Source: an uncultured Enterobacteriaceae bacterium (GTDB lineage Bacteria > Desulfobacterota > Binatia > Bin18). Taken from it: 58,158 nt of DNA. The stretch spans positions 10,350 to 68,507 of the forward strand of contig CAZBUD010000011.1 in the NCBI GenBank assembly GCA_964495015.1. Direction: 5' to 3'. The position numbers were made by a program, and so were the translations under genes. The notes beneath the pieces were generated by a model. The model searched no databases and had not been told where the DNA came from. It worked only from the letters and a program-made list of their open reading frames with translations. How positions within the stretch are numbered: the stretch's first letter is position 1; each line of letters opens with the position of its first letter. Positions 41,729 through 51,590 of the stretch are shown one piece after another.

Positions 41729-42718
41729 ATGCAAGCTGCTGAGCAACCGTTTCAGCCCTTTACAGACCGTGTCCGTCAAGAGGGATTCCCCCTCAAGCGG
41801 ACCACTATTGAGATTGTCCAAATCAATGTGGGGAAACTATGTAACCAAGCCTGCCTGCATTGTCATGTGGACGCCGGCCCTCAACGCACGGAGATCATGG
41901 ATCGTCGAACAGCTGAGCTGGCACTCGATCTGACGCGGGCGGCCAACGCACAAACTGTTGATATCACTGGTGGTGCACCAGAGCTGAATGCCTCTTTTCG
42001 TTTTCTTGTTGAGCAAACGCGCCGAGACGGTCGGCATGTCATCGACCGCTGCAATTTGACGGTACTGCTTGAACCAGGCCAAGAAGATTTGGGCGAATTT
42101 CTGGCTGAACAGCGTATTGAAATTATTGCCAGCTTACCCTGCTACTCAGAAGAAAACGTTACGGCCCAACGCGGCCAGGGTGTGTATGACAAATCGGTTC
42201 AGGCTCTGCGTCGCTTAAATGCGCTCGGCTATGGCCAGGAAGGGTCAGGCCTGCTGCTCAACCTCGTCTATAATCCGGTTGGCACCCATCTACCCCCGCC
42301 CCAGGACCAGTTAGAGGCGGATTATAAAAGAGAGCTGGGCCAACGCTTCGGTATCTCCTTTAACAGTCTGTACACCATCACCAATATGCCGATCGCTCGG
42401 TTTGCCCATAGTCTTGAACGAGATGGAAAGCTCGCCGCGTATATGGAGCTGCTCGCAACGTCCTTTAATCCTGGCACCCTCGACAGTCTGATGTGCCGCC
42501 ACCTGGTCAGCGTCTCGTGGGATGGCTATCTGTTTGACTGCGATTTTAATCAGATGCTCGACCTGCGGCTAGAAAACGGCAGGCCGCTACGGCTGGGCAA
42601 TCAATCTGCAGATGATCTCGTACACCTGCTTGTGGGGCGAGACATTAGGCTCGACTCGCACTGCTACGGCTGCACGGCTGGTGCGGGTAGTTCGTGCGGC
42701 GGGGCATTGGCTGAGTAA
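41729..42718 (+). CDS. arsS: Arsenosugar biosynthesis radical SAM protein ArsS family (Cys form)
   Basis: NVGKLCNQACLHCHVDAGP, ASLPCY, DCDFNQML and HCYGCTAGAGSSCGG motifs. Confidence 0.88.
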   Translation: MQAAEQPFQPFTDRVRQEGFPLKRTTIEIVQINVGKLCNQACLHCHVDAGPQRTEIMDRRTAELALDLTRAANAQTVDITGGAPELNASFRFLVEQTRRDGRHVIDRCNLTVLLEPGQEDLGEFLAEQRIEIIASLPCYSEENVTAQRGQGVYDKSVQALRRLNALGYGQEGSGLLLNLVYNPVGTHLPPPQDQLEADYKRELGQRFGISFNSLYTITNMPIARFAHSLERDGKLAAYMELLATSFNPGTLDSLMCRHLVSVSWDGYLFDCDFNQMLDLRLENGRPLRLGNQSADDLVHLLVGRDIRLDSHCYGCTAGAGSSCGGALAE

Positions 42719-42799
42719 GTGCTGCCTTTGGGGGAGAATATAGGCCTCGCTATCCGGACTGCTGTCTGCGTATTCTGCTTTCTTGGAGTCTTTCTCGTC

Positions 42800-42970
42800 G
42801 TGATCGTAACCCACAACCTCCAGCAGGCACACCGGCTGAGCGATTCCGCAGCGCTATTCTGAAACACAAACGGCTACGAGGAACTCATCGAAGCCGGTCC
42901 TACAACCGTCCTCTTCGCCGATCCCCGACGCGAAGAAGCCCGCAAATACACGCAGGGTACGGTGGGGTAG
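42800..42970 (+). pseudogene. C-terminal remnant of a PstB-like ABC ATPase
   Basis: VIVTHNLQQAHRLSDSAALF*NTNGYEELIEAGPTTVLFADPRREEARKYTQGTVG* matches the PstB H-loop and tail. Confidence 0.75.
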
Positions 42971-43053
42971 ATAATTTAGCCGTGTGGTGTCGGGTTACGC
43001 TACGCTAACCAGACCTACGGGATTGATCTCACTGAGATGTTTTTCCGCCTAGC

Positions 43054-44739
43054 TTAAGCCTCCACGTTCGATCGGAGGACTCGACCAGACAACCGGCCTG
43101 TTTGTTCCCCGTCAGAGAACAAGACCTGTCCATTGAGAATAGTATGCGCAATACCCGCTGATTTCTCGATATAGCGTAGGCCCCCGCCAGGAAAGTCATT
43201 GAGGGGTTCCTGCTTCCCACACCCAACGGTATCAGGATCGAACACGACGAGGTCAGCAATCATGCCCGAAGCGACAGTCCCACGTAGCGGGACGCCGAAA
43301 ACTTGCGCGGGGACAGATGTAATACGGCGGATTGCTTCTTCAAGTGCGAGCATTTTCCTGTCCCGAACAAGGGTTCCCAGTAAATACGTCGAATAGCCGG
43401 CTTCACAGCGCATATCGGCATGCGCCCCTCCGTCAGACAACCCAACCAGAGTGTTCGGATGCGTAATCATTTCCTGATTCACATCGCCGAACTGAAACAG
43501 GAACTGCATGTCGAGGTTGTCTTCAAGCGCCAGGTCAAAGAAGAGATCCAGCGGATCTTGTCCACGCTCCTGGCCCAGGTCTGCCAAGCTTCGCTCCAGC
43601 AGCGGTTCCAGCTGTCGGGAATTCACCGTAAACACGCTCATCTGGTCCCAGTGGCCGGTAAACAATCGCGGTTGTTTCAGTTCCTCGCGGAACGCGGTAC
43701 GAAAGACTGGGTTAGCATACAGGCGACGTTGCTCTTCCAATGGTCGGTCAAAGACCTGTTTCCAACAGTCGAAATTTCCAAAGATAAACGGACGTTTGAG
43801 ACTGAAGCGGGCGCTCTTATAATGACACGGGACTTGGCCCAAAGGCAGATAGCCACGGTCAAATAACGGAATGACACGATTGATCGTATCCTTCCAGGCA
43901 TCAGGCGGCGCTTCGGGTTTTTGCAGCAATGCCAACCAGGTCACAGGCCGTTCGCTCTTGGTGAGCAGAAAGGTCAACAGATCATATTCTTCATCCGAGA
44001 TTGAGCCGGGGCTGCGAGTCAAGGCAATCTCAATGCAGCCGCGCCCGAGTTCCCGCAGGCTGCTCGCCAAAGCATCCAGCTCATTCCGACTGGCCAAGCG
44101 GCAGGGTAAAGGTCGTCCTTGAAAACCCAGGTGCTGCGGCAGAACCGTGGTAGAAAATCCAAATGCACCCGCGTCCATAGCTTCTCGGAAAAGCACTTGC
44201 AGCAGCTGCGTTTCCGCTTCCGTCGCTACCCGCTCTTTGCTTTCAGCCCCCAGAACGTATTGGCGCAGAGGCGAAAGCGGCAGCATGGCGCCAACATTCA
44301 TCCCCAGACCGTTGACAGCAATCGCATTCAGATATTCGCCGAAGCTTTCCCAAGACCACTCAACACCTTTTTGCAAAACGTCCAAGGACATACCTTCAAC
44401 GTTGACTAGATCGCCAACCAGAGATTCTCGATCTTCAGGCTTGCACGGGGCAAGGCCCACGCCACAATTACCCATGATAATGGAAGTCACCCCATGCCAG
44501 GACGAACACGTTGCCAACGGGTCCCACAAAATTTGGGCGTCGTAATGGGTATGATGATCAATAAAGCCTGGACACACGATCAGCCCACCGACGTCGAGTA
44601 CCTGAGAGGCCTGGCTTGCCGAAATATGGGCCTCCACTGCGACAATCCGGTCTCCCGTTATTGCCACGTCCGCCGCAAACCGTTCTCGCCCACTGCCATC
44701 AATGACCGTCCCCCCTTTGAGCACTACATCGCAGGCCAT
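43054..44739 (-). CDS. N-acyl-D-amino-acid deacylase-family amidohydrolase
   Basis: PGFIDHHTHYD, GNCG, SDGGAH and ADLVVFDP motifs. Confidence 0.92.
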   Translation of the reverse strand: MACDVVLKGGTVIDGSGRERFAADVAITGDRIVAVEAHISASQASQVLDVGGLIVCPGFIDHHTHYDAQILWDPLATCSSWHGVTSIIMGNCGVGLAPCKPEDRESLVGDLVNVEGMSLDVLQKGVEWSWESFGEYLNAIAVNGLGMNVGAMLPLSPLRQYVLGAESKERVATEAETQLLQVLFREAMDAGAFGFSTTVLPQHLGFQGRPLPCRLASRNELDALASSLRELGRGCIEIALTRSPGSISDEEYDLLTFLLTKSERPVTWLALLQKPEAPPDAWKDTINRVIPLFDRGYLPLGQVPCHYKSARFSLKRPFIFGNFDCWKQVFDRPLEEQRRLYANPVFRTAFREELKQPRLFTGHWDQMSVFTVNSRQLEPLLERSLADLGQERGQDPLDLFFDLALEDNLDMQFLFQFGDVNQEMITHPNTLVGLSDGGAHADMRCEAGYSTYLLGTLVRDRKMLALEEAIRRITSVPAQVFGVPLRGTVASGMIADLVVFDPDTVGCGKQEPLNDFPGGGLRYIEKSAGIAHTILNGQVLFSDGEQTGRLSGRVLRSNVEA

Positions 44740-44810
44740 GTTTCTCCCCTTTTTTCTGACGAGTTCTGCTTGCGTTAGTCCAGTATCTGCTCGCGTTTAC
44801 TAACAGGTCA

Positions 44811-44912
44811 ACCCTTCGACTTCGCTCACGCTACGCTCAGGGCGAACAGACTGAGCACGGACGCCACCGCCGTTCGTATTGAGCGTCGCCACGTAAGCGG
44901 CGGAGTCGAGGT
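44811..44912. repeat. REP-like palindromic doublet
   Basis: CCCTTCGACTTCGCTCACGCTACGCTCAGGGCGAAC...CGTTCGTATTGAGCG...GGAGTCGAGG. Confidence 0.65.
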
Positions 44913-44964
44913 ACCGCGTCCTTGCCTTGCCTCTTCCAGGGGGTAAATGTATCTGCAAATTGCG

Positions 44965-45414
44965 TTAGGACTCGGGCCTTTTCTTAATCAAATAAGCGTG
45001 CATACCCTTAAGCACAACTTCGCCGCGTTGGTTCATGATGCGTATTGTAAGCCTGAGCAGCCCAACATCGGTCTTTGGGATCAGTTCGCTTACTTCCAGT
45101 TCCGGTTTAATGGTATCGCCAATCAGAACGGGTTTCAAAAAATGCGAAGATTGTTCGATAAAGGCAACCATGGACCCTTCAACTAATGGCGAAAGGGCCG
45201 AAGCCCCCATCGCGCCCATGGCCGTGACCAGTAGCCCATGCGCGACTCGTTTGCCAAAACGCGTTGCCTGAGCGTATTCGTCATCGTAGTGGATGGGATG
45301 ATTGTCGCCGGTCATTCCAGAGAAGAAAAGGAAATGGGCGTCGGTGAGCGTCTTGGATGGAATAGAAAACTTCTCACCAAGTCTAAAGTCTTCGAAGTAT
45401 TTGCTTGCTGCCAT
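44965..45414 (-). CDS. MaoC-family (R)-specific enoyl-CoA hydratase-like protein
   Basis: TGDNHPIHYD, VAHGLL and PVLIGDTI motifs. Confidence 0.92.
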   Translation of the reverse strand: MAASKYFEDFRLGEKFSIPSKTLTDAHFLFFSGMTGDNHPIHYDDEYAQATRFGKRVAHGLLVTAMGAMGASALSPLVEGSMVAFIEQSSHFLKPVLIGDTIKPELEVSELIPKTDVGLLRLTIRIMNQRGEVVLKGMHAYLIKKRPES

Positions 45415-45417
45415 CGG

Positions 45418-45810
45418 CTATTTCTCATCGAGAACGGCAATGGCGTCAATCTCAATGAGCGCTTCCGGTCGCAGCAGCTCCTTGACCACAATGCCAGTGG
45501 CTGCCGGGAAGCCGTTTTTAAAGAATTCGCGCCGCACGCCGGCCGTCCCCCTATAGCCTTGCTTGGTCGTAATATAATCCACGGTCTTCACAATGTCGTC
45601 GAAGCTTGCGCCCGCTTCTTCCAGGATCTTTCCTATCTTTTTGAATATCTCGCGAGTTTGAACAACGATATCGTCTTCACCAACGACCTCTCCTCTAGAA
45701 TTTGTGGCGGTGAGGCCGGAGATAAAGAGCAAGTTTCCCTTGCGGACTGCCGGCGAAAAGGTATAGCGCGCATCAAAACCCCACGGATCAACTATTTCGA
45801 GTTTGGGCAT
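45418..45810 (-). CDS. RidA/YjgF family protein
   Basis: FSPAV, LFISG, FPAAT and LIEIDAIA motifs. Confidence 0.9.
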   Translation of the reverse strand: MPKLEIVDPWGFDARYTFSPAVRKGNLLFISGLTATNSRGEVVGEDDIVVQTREIFKKIGKILEEAGASFDDIVKTVDYITTKQGYRGTAGVRREFFKNGFPAATGIVVKELLRPEALIEIDAIAVLDEK

Positions 45811-45845
45811 ATCGCGGTTTCCTCTCTTACTTTCTTCTTTTACGC

Positions 45846-46391
45846 CTAGCCAACGACCTGGATGTTTGGCGTATCCAACTCAAGATGTCCGGCAATCTCA
45901 GCCAGCGCATTCTCGGCCCGGACACGAAAATTCTCAGGCTTCTCACCTGCCTTGATATGCGGGATGACCACAATTGGGATGTCCGGCATGCCCATAGCCT
46001 TGGCTTGATCCTGGGCCGCGACCAAAAAGGTGTCAAAAGTCACGGCGACCGTTCTGACTCCCCGCTTCCACAGTTTTGCTGAGTCGAGCATACAGCCCGA
46101 CGTGCACGATCCTCACGCACACAGGCCAACGACGGCCTGCTGCGATGCAGCCGCAACCTCATCGATCAAGTGTTCGGGTGAAGGGCGGGTGAACATGGGC
46201 TTACGCCAGATCGAAACCTGGCTCACTTGCGGTTTCACGAGCAAGAGTTCTTGCAGGCGCTCGAAGAACATGCCTGCGATCTCGTTCCCAAAGCCGTTAT
46301 TCACCAAACCGATCATGCGGCCTTGAGTGTCATTGTCAATCTGTTTCTCCACGAATTGCCGCCGTTCGCCGACGGGACTGAATATGCGCAT
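45846..46391 (-). CDS. UGSC-family selenoprotein (Sec at TGA 46115-46113)
   Basis: The in-frame join of ORFs 46113-46601 and 45846-46091 reads VVGLCA-TGA-GSCTSGCMLD. ATG 46391 directly follows the upstream stop. Confidence 0.9.
46083..46115 (-). promoter_or_regulatory. SECIS-like hairpin for the UGSC UGA
   Basis: UGA + 11 nt + GUCGGGC-uguau-GCUCGAC (7 bp, G at loop position 2). Confidence 0.7.
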
Positions 46392-46392
46392 T

Positions 46393-47451
46393 TTAAACCT
46401 CGTGAGTCTGTCGAATTTCTTTTGTGACCGCAAAACCACCCAGCCCGCCCCAGCCCGGACACAGGGCTGCAAAATAGGTCTCCCCGCCGGCGACCACAAT
46501 GTGAATGTTTCGCGGACGCTCGGTGATGGGGACGAGGTAGTCGTCATTCTCTTTTTCAACCCAACTCGGCCAAAACTGGTCGGCAATACCGAGGGCGTCA
46601 ACTTCTCTGATACTGCCGAGTCTGGCCCGGGCGTGTTCCCACAAATACACTCGGATTTCCGGCTTGGACCAGCCTTCTTTATGAAACTGTCGGGCTTGCC
46701 ACGGATTGAGCACGACCAGCGTTTCGCCCATGGCCTGTACGTTATTGCTGCCCAGCGTGCTCAGTGAGCTGACTAAAGGCGCCAGCATCTGTTTGACCGT
46801 GCCGTAACACAACACCGAGTGCGGAGCCTCGCAGCTGAAGACGGTGACTGCGTTCTTGCCCGTTTCGATGCCCCGCTCCGCATGAAAAGGCGACCACGGA
46901 CTCGCGTCCTCTTTTTCAGCAATGCAAAAACTCCACTTACCCGGATGGGCCTGGGTCGATTTATCCACTTCACCCGGCACATTCCCGCCCAAATTCCACA
47001 GAATGAGTCGGATCGCCCGGCCGACCGTTCCGTTAGCGCGAAAGCCGTTGCCAAACACGCCATCGCTGGCATTAAACTTGAGCTGGGTTGCAATCGGCCC
47101 GTTGACGATTACCAAAGGCACACAGCAGTGCGTGGTAGTCTGCACCCCATTCAGATTGTGTTCGGGTACCAACATGGCCTCAACCGCCGCAATTACAATC
47201 GGGAAGTACTCGGACCGACAGCCTGCCATGACACTGTTTATCGCCAGCTTTTCAATGGTCGCAATGCCTTGGACAGGGGGAATCTCACCTATTTCTTCTT
47301 GTGGCTCCCGGCCAGAAGCCCGAATCATGGCCTCAACCAGATCTTGGGTTGGCGGCACGATCGCCAGGCCATCGGTCCACCCGCGCTCAAAGAACAGCTC
47401 AACCGCCGCGTGGTAGTCGTCAACGTCGACAGGTTCGGATGTGAACTGCAT
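46393..47451 (-). CDS. Conserved hypothetical protein of the type found beside UGSC selenoproteins
   Basis: GWTDGLAIVPPT, EKLAINSVMAGC, RANGTVGRA and IVVAGG motifs; directly upstream of the UGSC gene. Confidence 0.85.
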   Translation of the reverse strand: MQFTSEPVDVDDYHAAVELFFERGWTDGLAIVPPTQDLVEAMIRASGREPQEEIGEIPPVQGIATIEKLAINSVMAGCRSEYFPIVIAAVEAMLVPEHNLNGVQTTTHCCVPLVIVNGPIATQLKFNASDGVFGNGFRANGTVGRAIRLILWNLGGNVPGEVDKSTQAHPGKWSFCIAEKEDASPWSPFHAERGIETGKNAVTVFSCEAPHSVLCYGTVKQMLAPLVSSLSTLGSNNVQAMGETLVVLNPWQARQFHKEGWSKPEIRVYLWEHARARLGSIREVDALGIADQFWPSWVEKENDDYLVPITERPRNIHIVVAGGETYFAALCPGWGGLGGFAVTKEIRQTHEV

Positions 47452-47633
47452 ATATCCCTCCAGGCTGTCTTTTGATGTCTACACAGCGGAGAGGGACAGC
47501 GTCAAGGGTTGACGCCTCTATGAGGAAGACACTCTTTCCAGCGGAAGGCAGGTCTATGTCTTCGCCCAGGGCCGGCTGGTGGGGTCAACAAATAAGGCAC
47601 CGGTCTCCGTACAAGCGGCTCTCTTCTCAGAGA

Positions 47634-48788
47634 TCAACGCACAGCCGGCTTAGGCGTTAGAACCTCTTCTGCGTTCCCAGCCTGCTGCAGGTTGACGCCC
47701 TCGGGTACGTGTATCGTTGAGGTCGGGAAGGCGGCTTCCGCGCCGTGGGACTCGATAACCTCTAGGATCTTGAGTAATACGTCTTGCTTGACCTTGTGGT
47801 AATAGGTCCAGCTCGTCGTCTTTGTAAACGTATACACAAAGAAATCCAAAGACGATGGCGCGAAGGAGTTGAAGTTGACCATTAAGGTTCGGGTGGTGTC
47901 GATCTCAGGATGGGAGCGCAGCATCTGCTCGACATCGTGAACAACGGCGGCCATCTTGTTAGCATCGTCGTAACGGACGCCAATAGTCTCATAGATACGG
48001 CGATTAAACATGCGCGAAGGGTTTTCAACCGAGATGTTCGTAAAGGTCGCATTCGGCACATACAACGGTCGCATGTCGAAGGTCCGAATCCGTGTCTGTC
48101 GCCAACCTATTTGTTCAACCGTACCCTCAATCTCACGGTCCGGAGACCGTACCCAATCCCCCACCGCAAACGGGCGGTCAAGATAGACCATCAAGCCACC
48201 AAAAAAGTTAGCCAATAAATCCTTAGCTGCAAAGCCAATCGCAACGCCGCCAATGCCGCCGAATGCGAGCACCCCGGATACACTAAACCCTAGCGTCTGC
48301 AAAATGACCAAAGTCGCCGTGATCGTCACCGACATGCGTAGCAACTTGGCAATCGCATCCATGGTTGTGCGGTCATAGGACTCTCCTTCATCTTTGTATT
48401 TGGAAATGATGCCTAATTCACCTTCTTTGATGAGACGCACCAAGAACCAGGCCAGCATGGCAATCACACCCACGACGCGCAGAGGGCCAACCACGCTCAG
48501 GAGCGCCATCCCTGCCTGGCCGCCGACAATATCAAGCGCAAAGCTCATGCCGACAATGAGCAACAAAAAGGCGAGCGGTTTTCTCAGAGCCTGAACAACC
48601 ACATCATCCCAGTAGGCTTTTGAGTCTACGGCCTTTTTGTGCAGCCGATTCAACATCTGCCGCAGCACGAAATGGATGAGCAGGGTGCAAAAAACAATGA
48701 TAAAGACCTGGACCGCCCAAGACGTGGCCAAGCCGCGACCACCGTCTACAAAATTCAGGATTGTGGTAACAAAGGGGGTGTCGTTCAT
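47634..48788 (-). CDS. Small-conductance mechanosensitive channel (MscS family)
   Basis: GGIGGVAIGFAAKDLLANFFGG, RPFAVGDWV and AFPT motifs. Confidence 0.93.
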   Translation of the reverse strand: MNDTPFVTTILNFVDGGRGLATSWAVQVFIIVFCTLLIHFVLRQMLNRLHKKAVDSKAYWDDVVVQALRKPLAFLLLIVGMSFALDIVGGQAGMALLSVVGPLRVVGVIAMLAWFLVRLIKEGELGIISKYKDEGESYDRTTMDAIAKLLRMSVTITATLVILQTLGFSVSGVLAFGGIGGVAIGFAAKDLLANFFGGLMVYLDRPFAVGDWVRSPDREIEGTVEQIGWRQTRIRTFDMRPLYVPNATFTNISVENPSRMFNRRIYETIGVRYDDANKMAAVVHDVEQMLRSHPEIDTTRTLMVNFNSFAPSSLDFFVYTFTKTTSWTYYHKVKQDVLLKILEVIESHGAEAAFPTSTIHVPEGVNLQQAGNAEEVLTPKPAVR

Positions 48789-48824
48789 TGCTCTTCTCTC
48801 CAGATATCTCTCAGGTCAGCTTCA

Positions 48825-49766
48825 CTACCCAAGCAGCGGCATTACGCCCTCAGCAAATCGCTGCAACATCTCGCCATCCTGCTTGTAGGGAAACATAATC
48901 TGAAAGTAGTCAAACCCGAGGGTCTGATATTCGCGTAGGGTAGCTGCAATTTTTTCCGGGGTGCCTGCAGTGCCGGCTTTCTGCGCCGCGTAGATAAGTC
49001 TTCCCGATCCAAGGTCTTTCTTTAAATCTGTCGCGCGTGGAGCGAATTCCTTTTCGTCCTCAACCAAACACACAAAGATAAACAGCGATTTATCAATCGT
49101 GGCATAACCTCGCCCCAGCGCATCACAGTGCTGTTGCAAAGCTTCTACGCGCTGCTTGATTTCCGGCAAGGGAAAGCCAATCAGCATATTCCACCCATCC
49201 GCATGTTCGGCCACGATACGTAGCAGTTTTTTCTTGCCCGCCCCACCAATCCACAGCTTGGGTGATTGTTGGACGGGCTTGGGGGCAAACATGGCATTGT
49301 CGAGATGATAGTACTCACCCTGAAAACTCGCCCGTTCCTGGGTCCACAATCGTCGAATGACCTGGACGGCTTCTTCGAGCTGGGCGAGTCGGGTGCCGGC
49401 TGACGGAAAGGGAATGCCGTAGGCTGTGTATTCCATCTCTTTCCAACCCGCACCAATGCCGAACTCTACCCGCCCATTGCTGATGTGGTCACAGCTTGCC
49501 GCCGTCTTTGCCAGCACGCCGGGCAAACGGTATGAATTACAGCTCACAAGAGTTCCTAAACGGAGTGACGTGGTGACCGGCGCGAGAGCAGACAGGAGCG
49601 CCCAAGCGTCTAAGCAGTTGCGCTGCTCAGACTGTTCATCCCAAAACAAATGGTCTGAGAGCCACATCGAGGTAAAGCCGAGCCGTTCAGCATCTTGAGC
49701 TAGGCTGACAACCTCCTGGTAGGTAAAACCAAACTGTGGTTCGATCTGGATCCCAAAGCGAGTCAT
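48825..49766 (-). CDS. LLM class probable F420-dependent oxidoreductase
   Basis: WLSDH, LRLGTLVSCNSYR, DHISNGRVEFGIGAGW and PKPVQ motifs. Confidence 0.9.
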   Translation of the reverse strand: MTRFGIQIEPQFGFTYQEVVSLAQDAERLGFTSMWLSDHLFWDEQSEQRNCLDAWALLSALAPVTTSLRLGTLVSCNSYRLPGVLAKTAASCDHISNGRVEFGIGAGWKEMEYTAYGIPFPSAGTRLAQLEEAVQVIRRLWTQERASFQGEYYHLDNAMFAPKPVQQSPKLWIGGAGKKKLLRIVAEHADGWNMLIGFPLPEIKQRVEALQQHCDALGRGYATIDKSLFIFVCLVEDEKEFAPRATDLKKDLGSGRLIYAAQKAGTAGTPEKIAATLREYQTLGFDYFQIMFPYKQDGEMLQRFAEGVMPLLG

Positions 49767-49781
49767 ACGTTTTCTATCCTC

Positions 49782-50405
49782 TTAGGCTGGAGCCTTTCCG
49801 GCTGTAGCCCGGGCTTCAATAACCTTCACCACATCAAGAAAAATATTTGTGACCCGCGTGATGCTAAATCCCGCGCGTTCAACATTTCGGACAGTCTCTC
49901 GATTCATATCGGGCCCAAACCGACGGGAAAGCGGGGTCATCATATTGAGAAGCATATTAAACGGGAAGTAGTGGCTGCCTGTGTGCTCAAACATACACAG
50001 TTGCCCGCCCGGCTTCAGCACGCGCTTGAGCGCTTCCAAACCACGGATCGGGCCGGGCACGGAGCAGAACGTACACGAGGTAAACACCTGGTCGAAAGTG
50101 TTATCGGCAAAGGTAAGTTCATGCACATCCATCTCAAGAAGCTCAAGTTTGCCTTGATACTGAGCGGCCCGGAGCTGGGCCTTCTCCAACATCTTGGTAC
50201 TAATATCAATGCCGGTGATATCCTGATCGGACGGAAGGAACTGGATATCGAGCCCGGTCCCAACGGCAAGGAAAAGCACCTTGCCGTGCATTTTGGAGAA
50301 CAGCTCTCGCTTGCGTAGAGCCCAGCGTTTCTCTGGACCATAGGCTGACATCAGATCAAAGGCCGCCGCTGCGTTGTCCCATTTCTGTTTGGTGACGAGA
50401 TCCAT
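49782..50405 (-). CDS. Class I SAM-dependent methyltransferase
   Basis: LAVGTG, GIDIS, FCSV and RVLKPGG motifs. Confidence 0.9.
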   Translation of the reverse strand: MDLVTKQKWDNAAAAFDLMSAYGPEKRWALRKRELFSKMHGKVLFLAVGTGLDIQFLPSDQDITGIDISTKMLEKAQLRAAQYQGKLELLEMDVHELTFADNTFDQVFTSCTFCSVPGPIRGLEALKRVLKPGGQLCMFEHTGSHYFPFNMLLNMMTPLSRRFGPDMNRETVRNVERAGFSITRVTNIFLDVVKVIEARATAGKAPA

Positions 50406-50776
50406 TAGCCTACCTCACCCTGAAGTTTCGCATTGAACATAAAAACCACCAGCATGGCCCCAATGCCGATCATCGCACCGATCCCTGCCGCCTGACTCAG
50501 ATACAGCGTCTGCATCGTCGCCGCCATACCGAGCGCCATGCCTGACAGCATGCCAGTCAACATCGTCGGTAGCATCACTTCCATTGCGCCGAAGAATGGG
50601 CAAAAAATGACCAGAGCCAAAAAGGACACTCCCATGCCGGCGATCATCCCCATACCCATACCGATAAGCATGTGCCATCCCGCGCTCACGAGTCCGGCTG
50701 CCCCCAGACCGGCCAGGCCACCTATCGCAGCATTGGACAACACATCTCCAAAGATGAAATACAGACGTTTCTCCAC
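50405..50776 (-). CDS. Met/Gly-rich small membrane protein
   Basis: Four hydrophobic segments (GMGMGMIAGM, GMLSGMALGM). Its stop overlaps the next ATG (TAATG). Confidence 0.75.
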   Translation of the reverse strand: MEKRLYFIFGDVLSNAAIGGLAGLGAAGLVSAGWHMLIGMGMGMIAGMGVSFLALVIFCPFFGAMEVMLPTMLTGMLSGMALGMAATMQTLYLSQAAGIGAMIGIGAMLVVFMFNAKLQGEVG

Positions 50777-50794
50777 TGCTCTCTCCCTATGGAA

Positions 50795-51436
50795 TTATAT
50801 GCCCCGCGACACGATCACAAACCAGCGCGCACTCCAATAGATGAGGAACAATGCCACTGCCTGCAGGACATGGTAAAGCGCATTATGGCTCAAGTACACC
50901 GGGTGAAAGCTCAGCTGGGCCTGTTGTACGCCCGCGGCAATAAACGTCAAGATGAGACCCAGCAAGCCACCCAGGACTGCCGTCTCTTGCGTCTGTTGAT
51001 ACACTAGAACATAAACGACCAAGAGAAATATAGTTGCCGGCAGATAGTGGATGATGGCCACAAGGAAGTCGCGTGTGACAAAAAGAGCCACGAGGCAATA
51101 CAGCCCAAATACAATAACAGCTCCTCGGGTAATCCACGCGGCGATAGCCTCCGAAAAATACAACTGCGCCCCGATCGCCCAGCCGGAAAGCGCGGTCATG
51201 CCAATCGCGATCAAAGTCATTACCCATAAGGGCGTATGACCTGGTGTACCCTCAATGGGGAAGTAGCCATGGACGGTACCACCCGTGAAGGCGGCTAAGC
51301 CAATGGAGACAAAGAAGATGATGAACCATAAACATAGGGGATGGTCGGATTGTCCATCTGCCAAGAGCCACAAGGCAAAAAACGCGCATTCAAGACCGAG
51401 GGCATAGTCGGTCAGAGTGACACCCGGTTCATTCAT
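50795..51436 (-). CDS. Membrane protein, DUF6962-like
   Basis: EPGVTLTDY, GGTVHG and HNALYH His-containing transmembrane motifs. Confidence 0.7.
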   Translation of the reverse strand: MNEPGVTLTDYALGLECAFFALWLLADGQSDHPLCLWFIIFFVSIGLAAFTGGTVHGYFPIEGTPGHTPLWVMTLIAIGMTALSGWAIGAQLYFSEAIAAWITRGAVIVFGLYCLVALFVTRDFLVAIIHYLPATIFLLVVYVLVYQQTQETAVLGGLLGLILTFIAAGVQQAQLSFHPVYLSHNALYHVLQAVALFLIYWSARWFVIVSRGI

Positions 51437-51590
51437 ATCCTTCTCTCGTTAGCCGTCCAGAGCCATGCTGGGCTGTGCTTCGCCCCTACTTCTTGTGCCG
51501 GCTAGGGCTTTCCGCTAGGACGTTTGCGAGTCTGCAACAAGACGTGTGCAAGCGTGCAGCCAACAATACCGGAAATAGGAGGACAAGGCG

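Noticed and set aside
42640-42718. ArsS as a selenoprotein
   Set aside because: All motif positions are TGC/TGT and the gene ends with TAA after a complete C-terminus.
42860-42862. In-frame TGA in the pstB remnant read as selenocysteine
   Set aside because: It lies in a start-less fragment at a position with no expected Cys, and is probably TGG to TGA decay.
46392-46601. Upstream part of ORF 46113-46601
   Set aside because: It overlaps the real 46393-47451 gene in another frame; the true start is ATG 46391.
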